A DNA stretch of 64,000 nucleotides from the NCBI GenBank assembly GCA_034226945.1, contig CP120464.1, positions 682,001 to 746,000 on the forward strand, written 5' to 3'. Position numbers and translations under genes: made by a program. The stretch comes from Picochlorum sp. SENEW3 (lineage: Eukaryota). Positions 49,987-60,605 of this stretch are shown here, piece by piece. Positions within the stretch are counted from its first letter, which is position 1. Every line of letters starts with the position of its first letter. Below the pieces are notes generated by a model. That model ran no database searches and was not told the DNA's origin. It saw only the letters and a program-made list of their open reading frames with translations.

Positions 49987-50147
49987 GCTGCTATTTTTGA
50001 GGTCCTTTGGAGTGTAACAGGGACTGATATGGAGTTTCTACGTTCCTTGAAGCCGAGTCCGAAATATTTGTAGAGAAGCTGGTTGGTTGGTTTAATGGAT
50101 ATTCAATGAATAGATAGTGCTCTATTGCACATTCATTTTGGACTCAG

Positions 50148-53100
50148 TTACTCCTCATCATCTTGCTCGTCTGAGATTTGAAACTTAACACTGTCTGTGT
50201 TTTTGGACATAGTGTACAGGTATGTGCTCACAAGTGTGTCCAACAGATCGAGTACATACTGCTCTTGGCCCCTAGCAATCCTTCTCTTCTCTTGATCGCT
50301 GAGGTCATCAGAAAACCCCAGATTGTACTGAGCATACTTTTGTGTGAAGTCATTCTCCATGTTTTCGAGTCTCAGAATGGCGCCGCCCAGCGTAGGCTCT
50401 GTGGGCCTCCTATTGAATGGATGCAACCCCCATTTGTTGTGCTTTGTCTCGGCCTGAATGAACTCGGGTAAATGAGAGGGTTTCGCAGTATACAGTACCA
50501 CAGTCCAAAGATCCTTCAAAAATGCTCCCCCCCAGTCTCGTAACTGTCTCTTGTCCTGTGGCATAGAGTTCCGAGGGACTGAACTCTTCATGGCTGACAT
50601 GAATGTCTCCTGGGTGTTCGCACCAGCAATCATCGGTGCAATGACACTCATATAGTCCAACAAACACTTGGTATACGCAACTAGCAAGGTATTGTTGTAT
50701 TTGGGATCGCCATGGCATCTTCGCACAAGGGTGTTCACTAGTTCTTCTGGATCTGTCACCACCTCTTCGCTGATCGTGACGAAATGTTTTTCCTGTCTAT
50801 TCGATGATCTGAGGTGGCATTGGCGCAAACAAGTCATTATTTGGCGGAAATTGTTGTCGTCGAAGATCACCACAACCCCGAACCCACTCCCTGCACACGA
50901 AGGCCCTACAATAGGAGGGTCCATGTCCAACTCGGTGTTGGTCCTAACGTGGCGGATGTTCAGGATTTCGTAGGCTTTCAACTGCCAGACAAATCTTTTG
51001 TGGCGGGATTCAGCCTTCACTTCGATTTCGAACCCGAAATTCTGCACGAGGTCCTCCAGAAGGCTCAGGGACAACAACTGTAGCAAAACTACTGGCAGCC
51101 CAGATGGTGGGCAAAATTGCAAGATTTCTGTGATCATGTGCCTACATGCAACGGAGTCGTAAAATGAGGAGAAGCATAGAATTGGGATGCTCACTTGAGG
51201 GTCGAAAATGGGCCCTTGCTTATTATAAAAGCACCTACCTGGAGAGAGTAAATCGGTTGTTACGATGAGTAGGCTGCTGGCGTTCATTATCTAACCTCCT
51301 ATGTAGCAAGTACATATAATCCTTCAGGATAAAGCTCGCATTCGCCCCAAGCAGATCGTGGGTACCAACCACACGCCCAACGCGGCTGCAGTCTTCCCAC
51401 ACCCCGAATAGAAGGTGCGGCGGGAGCACCAGGTACCCACTTGTCTTAAAACAGTCGGTGATGGCCCTCCCAGCCGTCGAGCGCAAGTGTGCCGCGAGAG
51501 GTAGTTCTTTAGTGATCTTTCTGTCGAGAGAATAAAACATCAGGGTCGCCGTGCCCGTACAAAGCGCCATGGAATCCAACACCTGGTAAGAGCAATGGGC
51601 ATGGTGGTTGATCTCCAAGTACGCCCTCAACCACAGCACGTCCATCCAACCCTTCAGGCTCCGGACCAGCGATGGATACTCGTCATGGTGACTATAAGAA
51701 AGCATGTCACTAAACCGAATCGATGTGAGTTTGGACTGTCTCCCAAGAACGTGCTCCCTCACGGCCTCCACAAATTTGCTGTCCCGCTCAGTTCTGTCCT
51801 CACCACTACTCTCCTCACACCTGTAGTGCATGACACTCACATCCTCGAATCTCAACGGCGTTGGCTTTGGCTGTCCGTCGAGAAATTTGTCAATGGTTCG
51901 GCCCTGCAGCATGACAAGGAAGTTGAGAGGAGTCGACATGATACAAAAGATGCAGATGATGATTCACGTACGAATGCCCCCACGTAATCAGCAAGCATTT
52001 GACACAGGGTGTGTTTTGTATCATATGCCCCAGGAACACCCAACTGGATCAGAGAATCCTTGTACTGCCTCTGGTTGTCTTTGAACATGGATTGATTGTC
52101 GAAGGAGCGGTTGTAGGTTTCATACACTGACAGAACGGGTGCGTACTTCCCAAATCGTCGAGTGTTCTCTTCTGCTCCATCATCTGCTCCACTCTCTCGC
52201 TCATTATCTGAGAGGGCCTCTTCTCCCTGAGGTCTTGCTTCCTCTGCTGAGACTTGCTGGTGCCCCTGGTCACCCCAGGTCTGTATAGGCTGGGGCCGCA
52301 GCACCCTGTCAACGCCAAAGCAATCCTCGCGTTCCAGTCGATTCAAATCCGTATTTTCGTGCAACTGAAATTTCGCTCCCGAGGGCCCGGGGCCGCTGGA
52401 ATTGCCCCAGGTAGAGTACAGATGAAAATGACCACGTGGCGGCCGTTCTTCACCCTCCGTAGGCGTGGTCAAGCCATCTTGCACGGATTTCAAGTTCCAA
52501 CGGGGCACGTGGAGTCTGATCCTCTGATCGGTCGTTTTTCTTTCTGGGAAGTACCCCGAGTGCTCGGTGTGATGTACCCACCTGCCATTGTCCAGTTTTT
52601 CCATGATGAGTTCCAATCCAATACTGGGGACGATGTAAATATCGGCCCGTGCGCTTTTTGGAGGCCTGACATACATTTTCACGACTTCTGCAATACTGGT
52701 TGCAGCACAACGAAGCCTTTGTTGGGCATCTTCCTCCGAGTCTGTCCTGTCATCCGACCCTAAGTGCAGCGAACAGTCTGCTGCAGAGAAGCCTATCCTG
52801 CTTAGTTGTATGGTGCCCGAAAACCACAAGTTCTTTAGCATTAACCTGAACTGCTTACAAGTCTCCTCCGCGAGGAGATTGTCATCATCAGCCTGGTTGA
52901 CACCTGTGGCCAGCATGAGCAAACGCCTCCCGCCCCTTTCCCTCAAATTCGACATAACCTGTTCGATCGTGAGGGTGCTGCGCCTCCTCCCGGCAGCCTC
53001 ACGAACGAGTGCCCCTAAGCCTGCCTGTCTGAGGGACAAGAAAGCCTCTATGCCCTCATTCGAATCAAGAGCTCTCATTACATCTCCAGACAGGTCGGCA

Positions 53101-54065
53101 CTATAGGCGGCCTCCTCACCACTGCGGTTAACTCCAGTCCTTGTAGAGGAGCGGCGTGTGGCTCCTGCACTGGATTGCCCGATTTGACCGGAAACGTCTC
53201 CGTTCTTGATGGCAATAATGTAGTCCAAGACCAGGTCGAAGGCGACCACATCCACAGGGGAACTCAAGTCTGTCACCATCTGGGACACAAACAGGGACGA
53301 ATGCTGCTGATGTGCTATTGTTCCCAGATAGTGTTTTTTCTTAAATGCAGAGATATCGCTGTCTCCCCTCCCATGATGATGGGTTTTCAGGGGCCCAGCA
53401 AGCAGCTGAATATGTGGGATGGCATCAGGAGATCCTGACGGAAAAATCACGGCTCTGCCCCTCTGCAGCGCTGTCTGACTGATTTGTATTTTCCTGAACG
53501 TGACAGAAACATATGATTTTAGTTCGTATTTCATCGCAACGCCAGGGCCCGAGAGGAAACGACAGTTCACATCAATCAAGGGAGGCACGCACTCGAAGGT
53601 CTCGGTCGGCGTTATACAGACCGTATTAAACACATCCAATCTGTTGGAAAAAACCTCCAGTGTATCAATATCAGGGTTCGCCTTCAGCCAGGCATCCTCG
53701 TACAAGTACCCGGCTGAGGTGAGGACGAGGGGTTCGGGCACGTCTCCGCCCAGTTCATCCATGAGGTCGCCACGAGCCGCCACTTGACGATCACCTATGC
53801 GATATAGCAGCTGATGCCACTTGCACTCGTCAAATGCAGGGATACCAACCCTCGCCCCAACCCCTCCTTCCAATGAGGCCCGCAACCTTTTCACCACGTT
53901 CCCAGTGCGCGTCCCATCCAGCGCGCTGGCCATCAGATAATCTTTCAATTCATTTTCACGATCGTGCCATTCAGTGTAATACTGTTGCTCGAATGCAGGG
54001 GCTGGGTCGCCACTCCTGCGGCACTGCCCAAATTCCAAGATCTTGCGGAACCCTTCGGACGACAT
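50148..54065 (-). CDS. Orphan gene A, ~1250 aa, 3 exons (54065-51972, 51903-51239, 51141-50148)
   Basis: GTACGT..TGCAG (68 nt, phase 0) and GTAGGT..TGTAG (97 nt, phase 2) introns join three overlapping ORFs in frame; 3753 nt with no internal stop. Confidence 0.85.
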
Positions 54066-54452
54066 GCAATCGGGTTTCCTCGTCTGCAGTCGAATGACCT
54101 CTTATATTTGAATCGATTTAATTTAAAAGTCGTATTTTGACATCTGAATGGGCCACGTGTTTTCGCTGCCACTAGGGTTGTTGGACCAATACGCCAGTCT
54201 TCTTCAGGCTCCAATCGGCTTTGATGTCCCATAGAAGAAGGTCTCTTACCGGAGGAAAGCAGTTGGAAACCAATGCCCTAGGGGAGAGGGTCCGTGGACA
54301 GAAAACGCCATCCAACAACAACAAAAAAAAACTTGCCTCCTGAAATTTATTTAAAAATTTATTAAATAATCCAGCACTGAGGTGGGTAGAGAAGGAAAAA
54401 ATCCAGAATTATCACGGGTTGTGCTAATAAACTTCGTGGAAGCGACCTAGGA

Positions 54453-56536
54453 ATGACACGAAAGTGCGAGAAGTGCTCGCGCGTGATCGCGAGAAAGAGG
54501 GACCGTCATGTTCGGGATGGGATACAAATGTGTAGAAGATGTTACCAAGATGACAGGAGAGAGCACGGTCGGCCGTCATCCTCGCCTCCGAGTGGCTTGG
54601 CCCACTCCCAGAGGGTTGCGGGTGCGGAGCAGGCCCCACATGGGGATGGAGGGATAGAAGGTGCGTGTTGAATGATGGTGTTTTGCCAATATGTATCTCT
54701 CTCTGTGTGGCATGCCCGACGAGTGGTGGTGTGTGCAGGAAGGCATGGGAGTGCTGTGGTGGAGGAGAGCCTAGGCTCACTGCGCTCGCAGGTCACGCTG
54801 CCGGAGGTCTCGGATCGGGTTCAAACACTGCGGCATATGCTATTTCTCCACTCGGAATCGGGCGCAGCATCCGTGGAAGGAGCCGGAAGGGTAGAGGAAG
54901 GCCCTGGAAGCCCCCCTGTCTCTCAGGGTGGCTCGGCCGAACCACCACGAAGGGGCATTAGTGCGGAGCAGCAGCAGGCCCCACACGGGGATGAAGAGTT
55001 AGAAGGTGCGTGTTGAGCGATGGTGTCCTTTACTTGGTGCTTCGGCAATCTCTCTCTCGTTGGCATGGTCGACCATGGGTGTGGTTTGCAGGAAGGCACG
55101 AGGGTGCTGTTGTGGAGGATAGATTAGGTGTGCAGCCCGCGCCTGTGCGGTTTTGGCAACGTTTTGTTGGACGGGAACCACTTTTGGGAGTTCGAGAGGG
55201 AGGCAGACGTCTCTTTGTGCCCATGCCCGGTGACTCAAGTGGGAGTGGCAGCCCTTCCACCACAGACCCATGTGGGTCAGGGGGGGATAACTCTGAGGAT
55301 GAGCGGGGCGTCGAGCAACAAGAACCCCAGGTACCTGCCTTTTTGTCGGACGGTGGCGCTGGATTCCGTTGGTTGGGTGTTTACAAGCGGGATTTGAATG
55401 TGGGGCCGGAGGGGGAAGACCCCCGAAGGGCGACATGGGATGAGATTCGTATGCTCCACCTCGATGGCGAACTGTACAATTCTCGGCGGGATATGCTGCA
55501 ACCCATGCGATCGTTGAATATAAGGGATATGTGTTTCGTGAACAACGAGGATGCCGAGGAGCGCCGGGAGATAGTTGTGCCCGAAGAAAGTGACGCCCAG
55601 GGCGCCACCGATGACGAAGGGCTTGCAATCCCAATACGGGCGTCTCGTGAATTGGATCGTTTGCCGATCCGGATTCAATTAGAAGAAGAACAAGTCGTTT
55701 TTCCAGAAGTCCAGATCAAACTAGGCATCGATAGGAGAGAAGATGCACCAGCGTCGAGGCCCAAGTATTACCGGGTTGAGTTGCCCCCTTACATCATTGG
55801 CCCTCACATGCACGCAAGCACGTTTATGGTCGTGCCAAATTGGGGGATGAGTTTTGAGTCCTTGCAAGACGCCCAACGCTGCGTGATCTTCCACCGCGCC
55901 TTTTGCACGGCCATTGAGGAGATATCCCATTGCGATCCTGCAGGGGAGCAGCCTTGGCACTTGAGTGCTCTCCTAGGGAGCGAGGGGGTCCAAGGTTGGA
56001 TGCTGACACGTTTCGAGAATGCCGTGAGATCTATAAAAAGAGACATGGACTTGTTGTTCAACCACGTTTACGGAGAGCCTGCTGTTGTCCAGGAAATTCC
56101 ATTGCCTCGTCATGGGTACCCGGCCACTCCATGTCAGGAATACCTCTATAGCTTGTGCGAATTTTCTCGCTCCTCTCCTTTTTCGACAACGGATCAAAGC
56201 ACAATGAGGTCGACATATCCCGATACGCAGCTGCGGGAAAATCGCCAAGAGCGTCGGGCACACATTTGCCTGGCGGACATCTGGCAATCTTGGTGGAGTT
56301 CCTCCCCAGACGCCAACGAGAATGATTGGTTCGAACTGGTGAGATGGCCAAGAGGTCTAAGGCAAGGGAACAAAAAAAAATGCGTGCTACGAGGTGCCGA
56401 CATCTTGAGACTTCTGACCAGAGAGTTCCTCAGCTTGTTCGAGTGCAGCAGGAGAGGCGGGAATAACAAGCCAAACTCCAGTCCGGTTGGTCCCTACATT
56501 TTCCACCAGTCCGTGTTCCAGAGGCGAACGGAATGA
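54453..56536 (+). CDS. Orphan gene B, ~640 aa, N-terminal CxxC-CxxC zinc finger (exons 54453-54660, 54739-55005, 55092-56536)
   Basis: Two phase-1 GTGCGT..TGCAG introns join the ORFs in frame; CEKC..CRRC; extra small 3' exons are possible. Confidence 0.8.
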
Positions 56537-59034
56537 CGCCTACGTGTCTTCAGGCTGTGATTGCAGCCATAAAGGAGGTGTGATTGATGTACAGATCGGT
56601 TGATGTCTTACTTTTTTTTCCCACGCACAGTAAATGTGAGCGTCTCGCACCTGGCCGTGGTTGACTGATTCCACGGGGGGAGACATCGCCCTCAAACAAT
56701 CCGAACATAGTAAATATTACATATTCACTATTATACAACAACCGCCACGGACCGCGCCTGCGAAGAACCTCCACAGCACCCCCAGATAAAACTTTTATTT
56801 AAAAATTTTCGACCTGGTGTCAGGGGGCATTGATGTAAAATCATACATACATACAATACAACAGAGTCCAATCTATTTCGGACCCGATGAGTTGTCACAA
56901 CACGACGCAGGTGCTGGGGAATCAGGGCACAGTCTCCGTTGCGATGGGTGGGAGTCCATCCACCATCGACACCCACGGCCGTCGTCTCGACCTCAGGGTG
57001 TCGATGGTCTCCGTTGGGTCTGCGACTTGCATTCAGGCGTCATTCACGAATTTTGGGTTGACTATGTGCACTCCATGCCAAGGTTGCGCCAAGACCAAGC
57101 TCCAACCGACATCGCCGTGACGGGGAAGTCGCGCACCTCGCGGGGAAGCACCTCGGAACGATATGACCCACTCATTCGTTTATTCGAATCCCCATTACTG
57201 CACACAGGATCGGGGTGGGCCTGTGGTGTGGGGAGCCGGATTCTTCGGCTTTGTTCTCCACGTCATGGCTGCCATTCGTGCCACTGGCAGAACACAGCCC
57301 CTCATCGGCCTCGCCTCTGACGTGGGCCGACGAATCGATCCATTGCTTCATCAATTGGCAAGTGTAGATCAGCTGTGGAGCATGGGGGGTTGGACCACCA
57401 GGAGGAAGACTGTTTTCCCATTATTCTCTCCCTTTTCTGGCGAGGAGCCGGGCTGAGATCCTCTTGGAGGACCAAGGGCACGCCCACTAGTGTTCACTAT
57501 CACTCACCGAACAATGTGATGGTTGTGGGATCATGACACCGGTGGCCAAGGTCTTGGACAGCTCACGAGCCCCGCAGCACCGAGTTGCTAAATAAAGAAC
57601 GTTTAGAAATGTTTAGAAATGTACGTGGAGACGCGAAATCTCCAGGCCTCCAGGCTGTTACCCGAGGCCACAGGTACATATCGTTTTTATTCGTCATGAG
57701 GGTGCATTAAATGGAGCGCAACATATGCCTTCCACGGTCCACACGCCTGTCGCTCTCGTGCATGAACGATGATCCCATTGGGAGGCAACGCGGCAGCAGA
57801 GGCAGCCAGGGCGGTCATGATTCGCGCACATACACATTATATGTGCAATATATAGCAACACGCTGTTCGACCAGGCGGCACCAGCACCCTGTCGCCGTGT
57901 TGGATGGCCCAGAAGTCGAGAGTCGCGCGAGTGGCCGCGCTTTCTGTAAATGAGCACAATAAAAAATCACGACCATCGCGTGCGACCAGGCCCGTGTCTT
58001 TTTTTTTGCCCAGCTTGTCCTCGTCAGACAAAATGCAGTCTCATGGGTGGTCGTCTTTTTTTATTGTGTCTTTTTACGGACTTTTTGCTGATGTGGACAG
58101 GGCGCCTCCCATGCCCGTGACAGCGCCCTGGTGTCTCTCATACGGCAGGTTGTGTCGTACGGAGATCTCTCCGTAAATGAGGACAATAAAAAAGGGCGAC
58201 CACCACCATGCTGCTCCACCCGTGGTTGACGCGAGGAGGGGGTGCCTCGTGGTTTTTGCTGCCTTGTTGTTGTTTCATTCTTCTCCCCCATCACAAGGGG
58301 CGTTGGACCGGCGAAAAAAGTGGTAGATTTTCTTTTTTCTTGTTGTTGTTGTTGTTGTGATATCTCTCCTCTTCCTCTATCCAAGACCTCGTCTGATGGG
58401 AGAGAGAGTGTGGAGGGTGGGGACAGCCAGCTGTGAAAGCAAGCACGAGTGGGAAGTTCGGGTTGTATTTGAGAGAGAGAGGTCTTTGGCCTCGTCTGCG
58501 ATGTTGCGTTGATGAGTCTTTGATGTGCGTCAAGAGCCTCTATAAAAGGTGATATATACATCCTGGATTTGTGGTGCTTGGCTCCATGTAACACACTATC
58601 ACTGCATGGTTGTCTTGTGTGTGGAGTGTTCTGCACACTACGTTGGTGTGAGGAGGAGAATTCTTTTTTGTTTTTGTTTTTTTTTGTTGTTGTTGTTTTT
58701 CATGTATACTATTATGACAGCTCTCTCTCTGTGTGTCATGTTGTTTTGAGTTGTTTTTGTTCTTCTTGGTGTCCTTCTGTTGTTGCTGTTGTTGCTGTTG
58801 TGAAAAAGACAGAGATTCTTTTCCATTCTTTGCTCTTTATTTATTCTTTCCATATATATACAGTGTTATTATTATACCTCATATTCTATCTCATATGTTG
58901 ATAGATAGGTTGTTTGTGGGTCTATCTCCTGGTTGTTGTTGTTGTTGTGTGTATGAGACTCTATGGCTGTTCAGTTGTGTCCTGTTGATTGCTATTCTTG
59001 TGGCAGCGTCCATACTGCCTTGTCACTCTCGTGT

Positions 59035-59209
59035 CGTTGCCAAACAAGACAGAGCGTTCAACCTTGACACGCAGTGAGGTTCGATACAAGAGGATGGAGT
59101 AGAATCCCAACCAATGTACAGAGGGTTCTCTCTTCCTTCACAAGATAGTAGTTTGAATTGTGAAGGAAGTTGTAGTTCCATGAGAATACATCTTTTCTGA
59201 GTATATGAA
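59035..59209 (+). mobile_element. Second copy of the Fanzor-remnant 3' end and non-coding tail
   Basis: Matches the reverse complement of 40255-40410 (GAGCGTTCAACCTT.ACACGCAGTGA.GTTCGA ... CATGAGAA ... AGTATATGAA). Confidence 0.7.
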
Positions 59210-59321
59210 TTACATTACTCAAATTGACCATGATTGTGACAGCTTTCTCTCTCTCTTAGGGATGCCACAGCTTGCTTGTTGTTGTTGTTGTGAAGACGAC
59301 GATTTGTTTCCATTTCATTCT

Positions 59322-60605
59322 TCCGAGTGGGTCCGTCGCATCTCGCACGCGGGCCGCGGGGGCCTGGGCGAGGCGGTCGCGCTCCTCCGGTCCGAGCGGC
59401 CCTTCGACCGGGCCACTCGATCCACTTCAGAGGACGCGGCGGACGATTAGGGCAATGGGCCCTCGCGAGCTCCTTAGGGTATTTTCGGCGGTCGGGGGCC
59501 CCCAACACCGCCTGGCCGGGCGTTTTTTCGCCTCCCCGCCATCCTCGCCGCATTTCGGGATATATACAATCCCTGTGGAGGGGCGGGATGGGGTCCAGCA
59601 CGCCCTGGCGAGGCTGCAGCTCTGCACAAAGTTTTTTCCAGTCGCGCACGTCCCAGAGTCGAGTGCCCTGCAGCGCCTGTGAGGTCCTGTCAGGTCCTTC
59701 TCGGCATCCTCGCCGCATTTCGAGACATACAGAATACCTATGGAGGGGATGGATGGGGTCTATGACACACTGGCGAGCCTGCAGCTCTGCACAAAGTGTT
59801 CAATTCGCACATGTCCCGAGGTGTGATGTCATCCAGGGCCCTTGAGGTCCTTCTTGGCATCCTCGCCGCATTTCGAGACATACAGGATACCTATGGAGGG
59901 GATGGATGGGGTCTATGACACACTGGCGAGCCTGCAGCTCTGCACAAAGTGTTCAATTCGCACATGTCACAGATAGGAAGGTTGAAAGCTCTCACCCGTG
60001 GTCTGCCGACTTTAGGCATTTCATATGGACTTTATGAGAATAAAAAGGAGTGTAGGGAGCTTCACCACTATCCCTGGCCGGCATTAGGAGTAGTGCGCGT
60101 CACATTCACCACCATTGTTCACAACAGAGTTCACAACAACCTCTGGACAAAGCATCCCGTGTGAGTTTGGTTGTTGGAGGGAACACAGTAGTTTCTTGAA
60201 TGATATATAAGATACTAGAGGGTGGAAAACCTGGGTGGGGAGAAGGAGGTCGTGGCTTGTTGGCACCGTTGCGAGTGTTGTCATGACATTCCCGTGGAAC
60301 GGTTGTTGTTGGAACCCTGTTGTGCTCCGTGGTGGTCAGTCATCGGCTCTTTCGACTGATATGTAATTTTAAAGTAAGAATGACGCTCCCTTATGCCCAC
60401 AAAGGAACGATTCTCGGCGTCTTCGTCCCAACCGTCGCGACGCGATCGGAGTGGACCAACGTCGGTTGGTGAGGTCCATTCGACTCGGCGCCGATGTAAA
60501 TAGCCCTTAATAATGTTATATTTGTCCAATCATCAAATACCAACAACCAATACTGCTATGCACTGCAGGTGAGTGGTGGCAAGGGTGTGGGATCGCCGAG
60601 GCCAC
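59322..60605 (+). mobile_element. Short relative of the 45843 element: same terminus, ~3 units of 153-166 bp, shared internal block
   Basis: TCCGAGTGGGTC start; GACGATTAGGGCAATG motif; CATCCTCGCCGCATTTCG at about 59539, 59706 and 59859; 60240-60600 matches 46900-47260. Confidence 0.7.

Larger units (their letters stand above)
45843..57490. mobile_element. Candidate ~11.6-kb mobile element of unrecognised class
   Basis: Sharp left junction defined by the empty paralogous site at ~61993; the same terminus recurs at 59322; candidate hairpin+CTAG right end; contains a satellite and two orphan genes. The right boundary is unconfirmed. Confidence 0.5.

Noticed and set aside
57165..57173. GACCCACTC as the right TIR of the 45843 element
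   Set aside because: Only a 9-nt match and the flank does not match the empty site
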